64,000 nucleotides of DNA, taken from contig CATQHC010000007.1 in the NCBI GenBank assembly GCA_958295775.1, forward strand, positions 1,061 through 65,060. The letters run 5' to 3'. The notes under the pieces are model-generated. The model did not search any database. It saw only the letters and a program-made list of their open reading frames with translations, and was not told the origin of the DNA. The DNA comes from Chloroflexota bacterium (GTDB lineage: Bacteria > Chloroflexota > UBA11872 > VXOZ01). Of the stretch, positions 47,995-57,944 are shown one piece after another. Each line of letters starts with the position of its first letter. The stretch's first letter is position 1. A program made the translations under genes and the position numbers.

Positions 47995-48042
47995 GCTGAC
48001 GGTCTTACAGATCATTTACCACGTAACCGGTTGAGAAACGGA

Positions 48043-48081
48043 AGAACCCGGAGAGTGTGCAACTCTCCGGGTTCTCTCTTT
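48043..48081 (+). terminator. Intrinsic terminator
   Basis: 14-bp perfect stem AGAACCCGGAGAGT/ACTCTCCGGGTTCT followed by CTCTTT. Confidence 0.8.
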
Positions 48082-48142
48082 GTATGCACGTTTGCTGCAA
48101 ACCATCTGCCTCTGCAATGGCAGCTTGACCAGTTCGCGCAAA

Positions 48143-48169
48143 AGAGCGGGGGACAAGCCCCCGCGCTAC
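48143..48169. repeat. GTAG-family REP AGAGCGGGGGACAAGCCCCCGCGCTAC
   Basis: Identical copies at 2991 and 19197; inverted variant at 29372. Confidence 0.85.
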
Positions 48170-48303
48170 ATCCAATGCGTGGCAAATCCGCCAACCGCTT
48201 TGCGTCTAATTTCTCGCCTAACCGCTAACCGAACGTGCTGAGCTTGCCGAGATACGTGGCAGAAAGCGCCGGTCATTCATGCCCATTGCTTCCCGGAACT
48301 AGC

Positions 48304-49302
48304 TCAAGGATTCGGCACTGCCAGCATCTCACCCGTCTTGGCGGCTTCAAGGGCCGTCAGGCACGCGATGGCGCTGCGGGCGCCCTCGCGGACATCGCAG
48401 AAGAGCGGTGTATCGTCCAAGAGGCTGTCTACCACGCTGTCGACCTCGGCGGCGTAGCCGTCCCGACCCGTAGCCGGCGGTTGCGGCAGCGGCGTCACCT
48501 TATGCAACTCTCTGCCATGGATTTTGTCCCAGACTACGCTGGCCCCGCTGCCGTGGAGTTCCAGGCCGTAGAAGGAGTCAAACACGTAGTGCGACGCCCA
48601 ACACACGGTTATGCTGCCGGTAGCGCCAGAGGCAAAGCGGTACACCGCCGTAACCGAATCGTCTATGGGATTGCCAGGCAAAGCCAGGCCCTGATTCCCC
48701 ATCGCTTGCACGTGAGTGACGTCGCCGCCGTACCAGCGCATTAAGTCTACCGGATGCACGCCCATGGTAAGCATGGGGGGAGAGTAGCTTCTGTTTGCTA
48801 TGTCGAGAAAGCGGGGGCCTCGCCGCATCGCGTCGTTGAGATAGTGCGTACGCATGGCATGGAGTGACCCGAGCTCTCCCGCGTCTACCATCTCCTTGAC
48901 CATCCGGAAGAACGGCCGCGTGCGGAGAACATGCCCGACTGCCATCCGCGTTGGCGCGCGGTCGGCGCGTTCAACTACCTGCAGACAGTCCGCCACGGTG
49001 GTGGCCATGGGCTTTTCCACGAACACGTGCTTGGCAGCGTCGAGCGCGGCCAGCGTAAAGGGCGCATGGAGGCCGTCCGGCCCGTGGATTGACACCAAGT
49101 CCACTTCATCGTGTCGCAATAGCGCCTCAATGCTGTCGTAACCGTACGGCACCTGATACTTATCCTGCAATGCTTGGCGGTGGTCCTCGCGGATATCGCA
49201 AAGAGCGACAACTTCCGCGCGGGGATTGGTGGCATACGCGTCGAGGAACCGGCCCCCGTTACCGCCTACACCCACTATGCCGACCCGTAGCTTTGTGCTC
49301 AC
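48304..49302 (-). CDS. Gfo/Idh/MocA oxidoreductase
   Basis: GIVGVGGNG, HVFVEKPM, VGHVLR, MGVHPVD. Confidence 0.92.
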   Translation of the reverse strand: MSTKLRVGIVGVGGNGGRFLDAYATNPRAEVVALCDIREDHRQALQDKYQVPYGYDSIEALLRHDEVDLVSIHGPDGLHAPFTLAALDAAKHVFVEKPMATTVADCLQVVERADRAPTRMAVGHVLRTRPFFRMVKEMVDAGELGSLHAMRTHYLNDAMRRGPRFLDIANRSYSPPMLTMGVHPVDLMRWYGGDVTHVQAMGNQGLALPGNPIDDSVTAVYRFASGATGSITVCWASHYVFDSFYGLELHGSGASVVWDKIHGRELHKVTPLPQPPATGRDGYAAEVDSVVDSLLDDTPLFCDVREGARSAIACLTALEAAKTGEMLAVPNP

Positions 49303-49440
49303 ACGACCCTCCCTTTACTCTCCGGAATCGAACACTCTTTCAATTGGCCTCTGGTACTCACTCAGGCGTTGCCCTGCCGGCATAGCCTGACTCTCCCTTG
49401 CAACTATCCTGTCCCAAGCGGAGTGTATAGAATCGTCGCT

Positions 49441-50190
49441 TCAAACGTCGCCGTACCCCACGGCCGCCAAAAACGCGCGGGCAATGACCGCATGGCCGGG
49501 CAAGCCGGGATGGATGCGGTCCGCCGCCCAAACCGCGGGCGGCTGTGCCGCCATCGCTACATCGAAGGCGGCCTGGGTGCGGACGAGAATCGCGTCGTAT
49601 TCTGCCGCAAGGCGGTGCACCACCTCAATATAGGAGTCGATATAGGCCCGGAAGTACATCCAACCGGCGGTGAGGATTGCACCCTCCTGCGCGCCGCTGG
49701 CGCGCAGAGCGCCGAATTGCTGCTGCACCTCTGCCAGACTCGCACCTGAAGCCGCTGCCGGATCGTCTACCGCCGGAGCTATGACATACGGCTCCATGAG
49801 AATGAGCTTGCCGTTGGCAACTGCCGGGGTCTGCTGGAGAAGCGACCGGTAGGTTGCTTCGTACTCATCGAGCCGCACGTGGTCTGCGAGATTTCCAACA
49901 ATGAGACGCCCCACGTCGTTGATGCCAACCTTCACAGAGAGCCAATCCGGCTCCTCATCGATTACGTCCTCCTGCCAACGCGCCGCCAGGTCTCGTATGG
50001 TATTGCCGCCAATGCCGCGGTTGACAATATCTAGCGCGCGTTCCGGATAACGCGCGTGAAGCAAAGCCCGCACCAGGCTCACGTAGCCTTTTCCGTATGG
50101 ACCGTCTTGCTCGGTGCGCCGCCCGCAATCGGTGATGCTATCGCCGATGAAGACGATCTTCTCGCCTGTGCCAAAGCAGAGATCTCCCAT
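49441..50190 (-). CDS. SGNH/GDSL hydrolase
   Basis: FIGDSIT, NRGIGGN, VGIND, DRIHP. RBS AAGGAG before the ATG at 50190. Confidence 0.92.
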   Translation of the reverse strand: MGDLCFGTGEKIVFIGDSITDCGRRTEQDGPYGKGYVSLVRALLHARYPERALDIVNRGIGGNTIRDLAARWQEDVIDEEPDWLSVKVGINDVGRLIVGNLADHVRLDEYEATYRSLLQQTPAVANGKLILMEPYVIAPAVDDPAAASGASLAEVQQQFGALRASGAQEGAILTAGWMYFRAYIDSYIEVVHRLAAEYDAILVRTQAAFDVAMAAQPPAVWAADRIHPGLPGHAVIARAFLAAVGYGDV

Positions 50191-50532
50191 GCATCCGCTC
50201 CTTATGTTCATGTCATGTAATTGCCGATACGTGCAGGTACGGTGTCGCTCATGGCGGAAGAGTTATGTGTCGCAGACCTCTCTCAAGCGCAAGTCCTCTT
50301 CCTCGCGGGAGACGCCCCGCCTCCACTGGCATTGTAAACTACCGGAGCAGCCTGTCCTATCTCGCATTTGCCCAACCGCGTGTCTTGTCATCCCTCGCCT
50401 CGGTGAGCCGTACCCACCACATGACTTCGACCGGCATGACCAGTACAGCCGGCACTCTCGCAATTTGACTGGGTGTGTGGTGCACCATATCATCAAGCAA
50501 GTCAGAGCGTCAGCACCCAACGAGAGTGGATC

Positions 50533-51156
50533 ATGGCAGAACTCCCGACAGTACCAAACCATTACCGCTACTGCCCCCGCTGCGGTCAATCACTATCATT
50601 GCGGCCAGATGGTGGGCGCCAACGTGCAACCTGCGAGGCGTGCGGCTTCATTCACTTCAGCACCTTCTCCCTCGGCGTGGGCGGTATTGTGGTGCGCGAC
50701 AACAAGGTGCTGTTTATTCGGCGCGGTCAAGACCCCGGCAAGGGGCGTTGGACCATTCCGGGCGGCTACGTTGAGCAGGACGAGCCCTTTGAGGAAGCAG
50801 TAGTACGCGAACTCTTCGAGGAAACCAGCGTCCGCACGGAGGTGCAGGGCGTGCTGGCGGCACGCAACAGCCTTAGTCAACGCGATAGCAACGTCTACAT
50901 CGTCTTCACCCTCAGAGACCTCGGCGGCGGGCCCGAGTGTGACGGGGAGGAGGTCGATCGGGCTGAATTCCTGGCGCCCCACGAATTCGAAGCGCTCGCA
51001 GAACTTGCGCCGGTCAGCAAATATTTCGCGCAAATGGCGCTGGAGACCGCTGCCGCGCCACTCACCGCCTCTGAGTTTGCCGGCCAGACGAGCGGCTATG
51101 CCTACTCTATGTTCGACATCGCCGGGTTCAACCCCCATGCGCTGGACCTGGACTGA
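50533..51156 (+). CDS. Zinc-ribbon NUDIX hydrolase
   Basis: YCPRCG...CEACG, Nudix box GGYVEQDEPFEEAVVRELFEET. Confidence 0.92.
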   Translation: MAELPTVPNHYRYCPRCGQSLSLRPDGGRQRATCEACGFIHFSTFSLGVGGIVVRDNKVLFIRRGQDPGKGRWTIPGGYVEQDEPFEEAVVRELFEETSVRTEVQGVLAARNSLSQRDSNVYIVFTLRDLGGGPECDGEEVDRAEFLAPHEFEALAELAPVSKYFAQMALETAAAPLTASEFAGQTSGYAYSMFDIAGFNPHALDLD

Positions 51157-51228
51157 AGTGCGTTCGGCACGTCATAGACTGCGCGTGTAGGTTCGATCGA
51201 GTTTGTGCGCTGCCGCGGACAGCCGCGC

Positions 51229-53658
51229 CTAATTGCCTTGCTGCGGGCGATCGGTGCGTACGTCGCGCTGGACTCCCACCACACCATTGACGCGCTCGAT
51301 CTTGGCCATGAGATCGGATAGTCTGCCCACGCCGGTCACTTCTACCGTGAACCTAATCGTCGCCGCGCCGCCATCGGTATGGACACTGGCAGCGCTGATG
51401 TTGAATTTTTCTTCTGTGACAACAGCGCTTATGTCGCGCAAGAGCCCCGGCCTATCCATGCACTCCGCGCGCAACGCTACCGGGTAGAGCGTTTGCTGCT
51501 TGCTCGTTCGCGACCAAGAGACGCCAACGTTCGTGCCGGGCGGCCCGTCTTGGCGCAGGCGGCGACAGTCGCTGCGATGCACCTCCACACTGCCGTCAAC
51601 CACGTAGCCCTTGATCTTGTCGTTCGCTTGCGGACTGCAGCACTGCGCCAACTGAAGCGGCAAATTAAGCGTTTCATGACTGATCACCTGATCGCCCCAA
51701 TCCACCGGCACCAGGCGCTCCTTATCCTTCACGCTATGCACGTTGCGGCAGTCCCGGCGGTGCACGGTAACACCCCGTCCGCGCGTGATATACCCGACAA
51801 TGTGATCGCCGGGCAACGGCTTGCAACACGTGGCCAGGCGGGTGAGCATGTTGCCTTCACCCATCACCTGCACGGTGCCCGTGGTCTTCTCTGTGCGCGG
51901 TTCGGTAGGCAGGATTTCCGTCTCGAGCGCTGTGGGCGCAGTCTGTTCGCCGGAACGGCTCAAATTCGCCACCACCTGCCGGGTGGAAATTGCCCCATAC
52001 CCAATTGCCGCAAAGAGATCTTCCGCCGTGTTGAGCGTAAGGGACTTGCACATGGTGCGGAAGCGCGCCTCGTCCACGCTATTTAAATCGCCCTGGCCCA
52101 AGCGCCTGATTTCCTTGTCCAGCATCTCTCTCCCGCGCGTGACATTCTCGGCTCGCTCCTGCTTCTTGAACCACTGGCGGATGCGCTCGCGCGTGTGACT
52201 GCTCTTGACGATGTTGATCCAGTCGCGGCTCGGTCCTTTCGGAGACTTGCTTACCTGAATGTCAACCACATCGCCATTCTGAAGCTCAGTGTCAAGCGGC
52301 TTGATTTGACCGTTGATCTTCGCTCCCAGGCAGCGGTGACCGACGTCGGTATGAATGCGGTACGCGAAGTCAATGGGCGTGGAACCGGCGGGGAGGTCCT
52401 TCACGTCGCCGCGGGGCGTGAACACAAAGACCTGGTCCTCGAAGATGTCGGCTTTGACCGTCTCGACAAACTCGCGCGCGCTCGACAACTCTTCCTGCCA
52501 GGTAAGCAACTGGCGCAACCAGGCCAAGCGTTCGTCCACGTTGGCGCCGCGCTCGTCCTCTTTGTAACGCCAGTGTGCGGCAACGCCTAACTCCGCTTCT
52601 TGGTGCATGTGCTCGGTACGGAGTTGCACCTCCACCGGCTGGCCGCGCGGCCCGATTACGGCGGTATGCAACGAGCGGTAGTTGTTCGACTTGGGCATCG
52701 AGATGTAGTCGTCGAACTGCCCGGGAATCGGTTTCCACAGCGTATGCACCAGTCCCAACACCGCATAGCACTGTTGCACTGTATCGACGATCACGCGCAC
52801 GCCGATGAGGTCGTAGATCTCCTGAATGCCCACGCCCTTGCGCTGCATCTTGAACCACGTACTCGTGATATGTTTGGGTCTGCCGCTTACCTCGCCCTGA
52901 ATGCCTGCCCGCTTGAGCTCAAGCGTAAGCGTCTCCACGGCTTCTTGCAGAATATCGTCCTGCGCGGACGAGCTCTCAGCCAAAGTGTCTTCAATCTGCT
53001 TATACACGTCCGGGTGGAGCACGGCAAACGCCGCATCTTCCAATTGCCATTTCCAGTGTCCCATCCCCAACTGGTTCGCCAGCGGCGCATAGATGTCCAA
53101 GGTCTCCTGGGCCTTGCGGCGCTGCCGATCCGGTTCCACGTACGCCAACGTACGCATGTTGTGCAGACGGTCGGCGAGCTTGACGATCACGACCCTGATG
53201 TCCCGCGCCATCGCCAAGAACATCTTGCGCAGGTTCTCCGCCTGGGTATCTTCCAGATTCAAGAAGTCGAGCTTGGTGAGTTTTGTGACGCCATCCACGA
53301 GCAGCGCCACGTCGTCGCCGAATTGCGTGCGAACGTCGTCCAAGGTTACGTCGGTATCCTCCACACAATCGTGGAGCAAGCCGGCGCAAAGGGTACTGGT
53401 GTCCATGCGGATTTCCGCGAGGAGCAATGCGGTACAGAGGGGATGCTGCGAAAACGGTTCGCCGGACTTGCGTACCTGGCCCTCGTGGGCACGCTCGGCA
53501 TAGGCAAAGGCTTGGCGAATGCGGCCGAGTTCCCGCTTGCGGGTTGAGGGACTGTCGCTCGCATACGCAGCTACTGCCGCGATCAACTCTTCGATCGTGT
53601 GCAACTGCGTTTCTTCAGATGAAGCAGCGAATTGCGCCAGCGCCATGTAAACGTCCAA
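51229..53658 (-). CDS. rel: Long bifunctional RelA/SpoT homologue (Rel) with duplicated zinc-finger domain
   Basis: HD motif LLHDCVEDT, KLADRLHNMRTL, RPKH, YRSLHT, AAHWRYK, TGS (DFAYRIHT), two ZFD-like repeats, ACT (DRPGLL). Confidence 0.96.
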   Translation of the reverse strand: MDVYMALAQFAASSEETQLHTIEELIAAVAAYASDSPSTRKRELGRIRQAFAYAERAHEGQVRKSGEPFSQHPLCTALLLAEIRMDTSTLCAGLLHDCVEDTDVTLDDVRTQFGDDVALLVDGVTKLTKLDFLNLEDTQAENLRKMFLAMARDIRVVIVKLADRLHNMRTLAYVEPDRQRRKAQETLDIYAPLANQLGMGHWKWQLEDAAFAVLHPDVYKQIEDTLAESSSAQDDILQEAVETLTLELKRAGIQGEVSGRPKHITSTWFKMQRKGVGIQEIYDLIGVRVIVDTVQQCYAVLGLVHTLWKPIPGQFDDYISMPKSNNYRSLHTAVIGPRGQPVEVQLRTEHMHQEAELGVAAHWRYKEDERGANVDERLAWLRQLLTWQEELSSAREFVETVKADIFEDQVFVFTPRGDVKDLPAGSTPIDFAYRIHTDVGHRCLGAKINGQIKPLDTELQNGDVVDIQVSKSPKGPSRDWINIVKSSHTRERIRQWFKKQERAENVTRGREMLDKEIRRLGQGDLNSVDEARFRTMCKSLTLNTAEDLFAAIGYGAISTRQVVANLSRSGEQTAPTALETEILPTEPRTEKTTGTVQVMGEGNMLTRLATCCKPLPGDHIVGYITRGRGVTVHRRDCRNVHSVKDKERLVPVDWGDQVISHETLNLPLQLAQCCSPQANDKIKGYVVDGSVEVHRSDCRRLRQDGPPGTNVGVSWSRTSKQQTLYPVALRAECMDRPGLLRDISAVVTEEKFNISAASVHTDGGAATIRFTVEVTGVGRLSDLMAKIERVNGVVGVQRDVRTDRPQQGN

Positions 53659-53664
53659 TTCGGG

Positions 53665-55398
53665 TCACTCGCCGGGCGCATCCCGGTCTAACCCAGCCAT
53701 CTGTACGTCCTGCAAACGAAACTCGAGGCGCGAAAACCCGCCCCACGTGTTCTCTTGCAACGAATATACCACATCGACAGCCTGCCCCTGATACAAATGG
53801 GCACCGCGATCGGCCATATGAAACCCGATGCCGGTGATGGAGCCGCCGCCTACGTCAAACGTTGCCCGGAGATGATCGGCGCCGACGGTGCGCGTGCTAT
53901 TCAAGCGCAGGCCCCGGCTGAGAAAGCGCGGCTCCGGGTTGCTGGCGCCGAAGGGCGCGAGCACGTTGATTTCATCGAGAATGTCGAGGTCCATCCGCCG
54001 CGCGGACACTTGGCAGTCAATCTCGAGTCGCGGCTGCATGCGGGCGGGTTCCAGCGTCCGGCGCGCGTCCGCTTGCAGCGCTTCCCGCAAGGCAGCGCGT
54101 TGCGCATGCGCAACAGCAAATCCCGCTGCCTGCGGATGGCCGCCATGCCGCCGCATGAGCTGTCCCTGCGCGGCAAGCGCCGCGGCAATATCGTAGTCGG
54201 GAATGCTGCGGCAGGAACCCACCGCTTCCGCGGCGCCCACAGCCACTGCGAGCGTCGGCTTGCCGTACTCCTCGGCCAGCCTGCCCGCGACCAAGCCAAT
54301 AATTCCCGGCGGCCAGTCACTGCCTTCGACCCAAAGCAGGGCTTCCTCCGCCTGGGCGGGCTTCACCTGCAGGTGCGCGGCGGCAAGGAGACGTTTTGTT
54401 TCGCCCTGCCGCTGCTGATTGAGCTGCTGTAGTTGCGCCGCCAGCACCTGCGCTTGCGCCTGGTCACGGGACGTCAAGAGATCGAAGGCAAGCTGGGGGT
54501 GCGCCATGCGTCCGGCGGCGTTAAGTCGCGGCGCGAGCGCAAAACCAATGCTGCCGCTAGTGACGGTCGCCGGATCTACACCCGCCACCTGCATGAGGGC
54601 GCGCAGTCCGGGATGTGCGGTGCGGCGCAGCGCCGCAATCCCGGCGGCGACAATTGCCCGGTTCTCCCGCCGCAAGGGCACGACGTCTGCGACAGTTGCA
54701 AGGGCGGCAAGGGCGCGGAGTTCAGCATGCCCACCGGCATTCGCGACGCTGCCGTCGGCTGTGGCGGACGATAGCAGGGCGCAGGCAAGCTTGTACGCCA
54801 GGCCCGCCCCGCAGAGTTCCGGGAAGGGATACCCGCAATCCGGCAGCCAGGGATTGACAATGGCGCGGGCAGCGGGCAATTGCGGCGGCGGTTGATGGTG
54901 ATCGGTGACAATCACGTCCATGCCCCGCTCACTTGCCAGCGCCACCGGTTCGATGGCGCTAATGCCGCAGTCCACCGTGATGAGCAGCGTGACGCCCTGC
55001 GCCGCCAGCGCTTCGATTGCGGCATCCGTGACGCCGTAACCGTCGGTAACCCGATGCGGCAACCGCACCACCACACGCGCGCCGATTCTCTCCAGCGCAT
55101 CCTTGAGCAAGGCAGCGGCTGTGATGCCGTCGGCGTCGTAATCGCCGAAGACGCCAATGAGTTCGCCCTGCCGCACGGCATGGAGAATGCGGTCAACCGC
55201 CACGTCCATGTCTTTCAAGAGGAAGGGGTCATGCTCCTGCGTATCCTCGCCTTCGAGAAATCCCTGAATGGATGCCGGGGTCGTATAGCCGCGGTTATAC
55301 AAGAGTTGCACAACCACCCGATTGCAGGCCGGCAGCGAATCGAATACTGAATCAGGGGCAGGAACTGCTACCTGCCACCGGTAGCGCGGGGAGAGCAT
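53665..55398 (-). CDS. recJ: ssDNA exonuclease RecJ
   Basis: GDYDADG, TVDCG, TDHH, TVADVV, APRLNAAGR, GGHPQAAG. Confidence 0.96.
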   Translation of the reverse strand: MLSPRYRWQVAVPAPDSVFDSLPACNRVVVQLLYNRGYTTPASIQGFLEGEDTQEHDPFLLKDMDVAVDRILHAVRQGELIGVFGDYDADGITAAALLKDALERIGARVVVRLPHRVTDGYGVTDAAIEALAAQGVTLLITVDCGISAIEPVALASERGMDVIVTDHHQPPPQLPAARAIVNPWLPDCGYPFPELCGAGLAYKLACALLSSATADGSVANAGGHAELRALAALATVADVVPLRRENRAIVAAGIAALRRTAHPGLRALMQVAGVDPATVTSGSIGFALAPRLNAAGRMAHPQLAFDLLTSRDQAQAQVLAAQLQQLNQQRQGETKRLLAAAHLQVKPAQAEEALLWVEGSDWPPGIIGLVAGRLAEEYGKPTLAVAVGAAEAVGSCRSIPDYDIAAALAAQGQLMRRHGGHPQAAGFAVAHAQRAALREALQADARRTLEPARMQPRLEIDCQVSARRMDLDILDEINVLAPFGASNPEPRFLSRGLRLNSTRTVGADHLRATFDVGGGSITGIGFHMADRGAHLYQGQAVDVVYSLQENTWGGFSRLEFRLQDVQMAGLDRDAPGE

Positions 55399-55703
55399 AT
55401 GCTGGCTTTCTTTAGTGTCAATCATGCTGCTAGTTGCGTGTATTATACCATGCCGGGCAGCCCCGCCATGCCTGGTTTGCTTGTCGGGAAGCGCGGAGAT
55501 TTTCGCTCTCCCTCTCCTTATGTAAATTACGTGTCGCAAGTGCCACCGAAGTTTGCACGCGGCGTACTCTGTTCACGAGTTGCGCCCGTTCACACGACCG
55601 TCAGCAGTGAGGGAGTAGGCACAGTCCAAGTATCTGTGCTATTGTCCCCGTAAAGGACGCACCCTGGCGAGGGGCTCGACCATTCGCCAATGAAAGGCTA
55701 GCG

Positions 55704-56597
55704 ATGCTGCGAATCGCGCGTGAGCACTACACCTATAGTTTCGATAAAGACGTGCCGGCGATTGCTGAGATCGATTCCGGTGACCGCCTTACCCTGGAAA
55801 CCCATGACTCCTCCACCGGCCGCATCAAGCGGCGTGAAGACTTGGACTATTACCTCTCCGTGCGCAAGACTCGCGAGTCGAATCCCGCGTGCGGCCCCGT
55901 TACCGTGCGCGGCGCCATGCCCGGGGATGGACTCAACGTCCGCATCGAACAAGTCGCACTGGTCGCTCCCGGCATTCTGCGTTTTACCCCCGGCTTTGGC
56001 ATTCTGAACGACGCGGCGGCGGAACCGGCCATCGTGATGGTGGACGTGCAAGGCGATACGCTCGTCTTGGATAACGGCATTCGCCTGCCCGCCCGTCCCA
56101 TGGTCGGCGTCGTGGGCACTGCCTTGCCCGACCGGGTAGTCTACACGGCCGATCCCGATATCAACGGGAGCAACATGGACTGCAACAGCATTGCCGAGGG
56201 CACGGTGGTGCATCTGCCGGTGTGGGTGCCGGGCGCGCTGTTTGGTTTGGGTGACGTGCATGCCTCGATGGGCGACGCGGAGTCCACCGGCGGCGCCATT
56301 GAGATTTCCGCCGACGTGACGGTGCAAATCGACGTCGTAAAGAACGCCGGTTGGGATAAGGTGTGGTGGGAGACGGACTCCTCTTGGATTACGTATGGGC
56401 ACGGCGAGACACTGGAAATCGCCACCCGGGAGGCGGTAGCAGACATGTCAGGGCTGCTCTCGCGGGAGCTGGATGTGCCCTTTCATGAGGGCTTCATGCT
56501 CATCAGCGCCTATGGCGACGTCCGCATCGGCCAGGCTGCCAACTGCGGCCTTGACGTGACATCATGGGTGGAATTTCCTAAAATAGCAAAAGAGTGA
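55704..56597 (+). CDS. Acetamidase/formamidase family protein
   Basis: NPACGPV, PMVGVVG, NMD, GDVHASMGDAE. Confidence 0.88.
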   Translation: MLRIAREHYTYSFDKDVPAIAEIDSGDRLTLETHDSSTGRIKRREDLDYYLSVRKTRESNPACGPVTVRGAMPGDGLNVRIEQVALVAPGILRFTPGFGILNDAAAEPAIVMVDVQGDTLVLDNGIRLPARPMVGVVGTALPDRVVYTADPDINGSNMDCNSIAEGTVVHLPVWVPGALFGLGDVHASMGDAESTGGAIEISADVTVQIDVVKNAGWDKVWWETDSSWITYGHGETLEIATREAVADMSGLLSRELDVPFHEGFMLISAYGDVRIGQAANCGLDVTSWVEFPKIAKE

Positions 56598-56624
56598 CCT
56601 AGGCGCAGCTCCTATCACGATGAC

Positions 56625-57896
56625 GTGGAGGCAGCCATGAGCGAAGAAAAACCGCCGGACGAAAACGAAGATAACGGCAGGCCCGCGCGCCGCCCGCAGG
56701 ATGCGGGCTCCGATGACGGGGAGTCGCTGATAAAGAAACAGCGCGAGCGCACCATCGGCATCATCGTCGTGGGCATCATCGCGGTCGTCGCGCTCTTTGC
56801 CTTCATCATCTATCCCCGCTTCCTGCAACCGGTCCAGCAGCGTACGGTTGCCAATATGCGGGGCGGCACGGAAGCAGCGGCCCAAGCGCACTTTCAACGC
56901 TCGATTGAGTACATCAACGAATACAACTTCAATGGCGCCATGCGGGAGTTGGATGACGCAGTTGAGTTAGACGGGGAGAATCCGCAGTACCGCATGCTCC
57001 GCGCCATCGTAGCCGTGCAGCTTGACCGCTATAGCCAGGCGCTGGAAGACCTTGACACTATCATCGCAGCCGACCCCGGTATGGTTGACGCTTACGGGTT
57101 GCGCGCCAACGTCTACCTGCTGCAGGAAGACTACGATCGGGCACTGGCAGACGCCGATTACGCACTTTCATTGGATCCTGAGACCGCCCACCGCTACCTG
57201 ACCCGGGCGAAGGTGTATCAGGCCATGGGCGACTATGAAAAGGCGCTGGCGGATGCCGACGACGCGATACTCCTCGATCCGGGAAACCCGGAGGCCTATC
57301 GCGTACGCGCTTATCTGGGCATCAAGGTGGGAGCCTGCTTGGACGCATTGGCGGACGCTAACGTGGTTACGCAAATGGCGCCGGAGTACTCCGGCGCGTA
57401 TCTGGCGCGCATCGCCGTCTACCTGGCGTTGGAACAATACGATAACGCCATCTCTGATGCGACACTGGAAATCAACATGGCGCCGGAGGGCAGTTTCGGC
57501 TACAACGCCCGCGCTTGGGCGTACGCGAAGGCCGGGCAATACGAGCAGGCTCTGGAAGACGCGAATAGATCAATCGAGCTTGATGACGAGTGCGCCGAGT
57601 GCTACGACACGCGTTCGCTGGCGCAAATCGGCTTGGGCGATCTCAACGCGGCGGAGTCAGACGCCGATAGAGCGTTGCAACTCAGCGACCATGCGAGTTG
57701 GGCCTACGTAGGACGCGCCAAGGTCTTTCTAGCCAAGAATCGCCTGGATGCGGCGCTGTCCGACGCCAACGCGGCGGCGGAAGCCAGCCCCAACGAACGG
57801 GACGTGTTCAGCATCCGCGCCCAAATCTACCGCGCCATGGGCCGCACCAGCGAAGCCAACCGCGACGAGGCAAGGAAAGAAGCGCTTTCCTGCTAA
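56625..57896 (+). CDS. Membrane-anchored tetratricopeptide repeat protein
   Basis: One TM followed by about nine 34-aa TPR-like repeats (e.g. AYGLRANVYLLQEDYDRALADADYALSLDP). Confidence 0.9.
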   Translation: MEAAMSEEKPPDENEDNGRPARRPQDAGSDDGESLIKKQRERTIGIIVVGIIAVVALFAFIIYPRFLQPVQQRTVANMRGGTEAAAQAHFQRSIEYINEYNFNGAMRELDDAVELDGENPQYRMLRAIVAVQLDRYSQALEDLDTIIAADPGMVDAYGLRANVYLLQEDYDRALADADYALSLDPETAHRYLTRAKVYQAMGDYEKALADADDAILLDPGNPEAYRVRAYLGIKVGACLDALADANVVTQMAPEYSGAYLARIAVYLALEQYDNAISDATLEINMAPEGSFGYNARAWAYAKAGQYEQALEDANRSIELDDECAECYDTRSLAQIGLGDLNAAESDADRALQLSDHASWAYVGRAKVFLAKNRLDAALSDANAAAEASPNERDVFSIRAQIYRAMGRTSEANRDEARKEALSC

Positions 57897-57944
57897 GCTC
57901 TCACAGGCTGACAGCGTTTATCCCGAGCAACTACGTCGCGGCGG

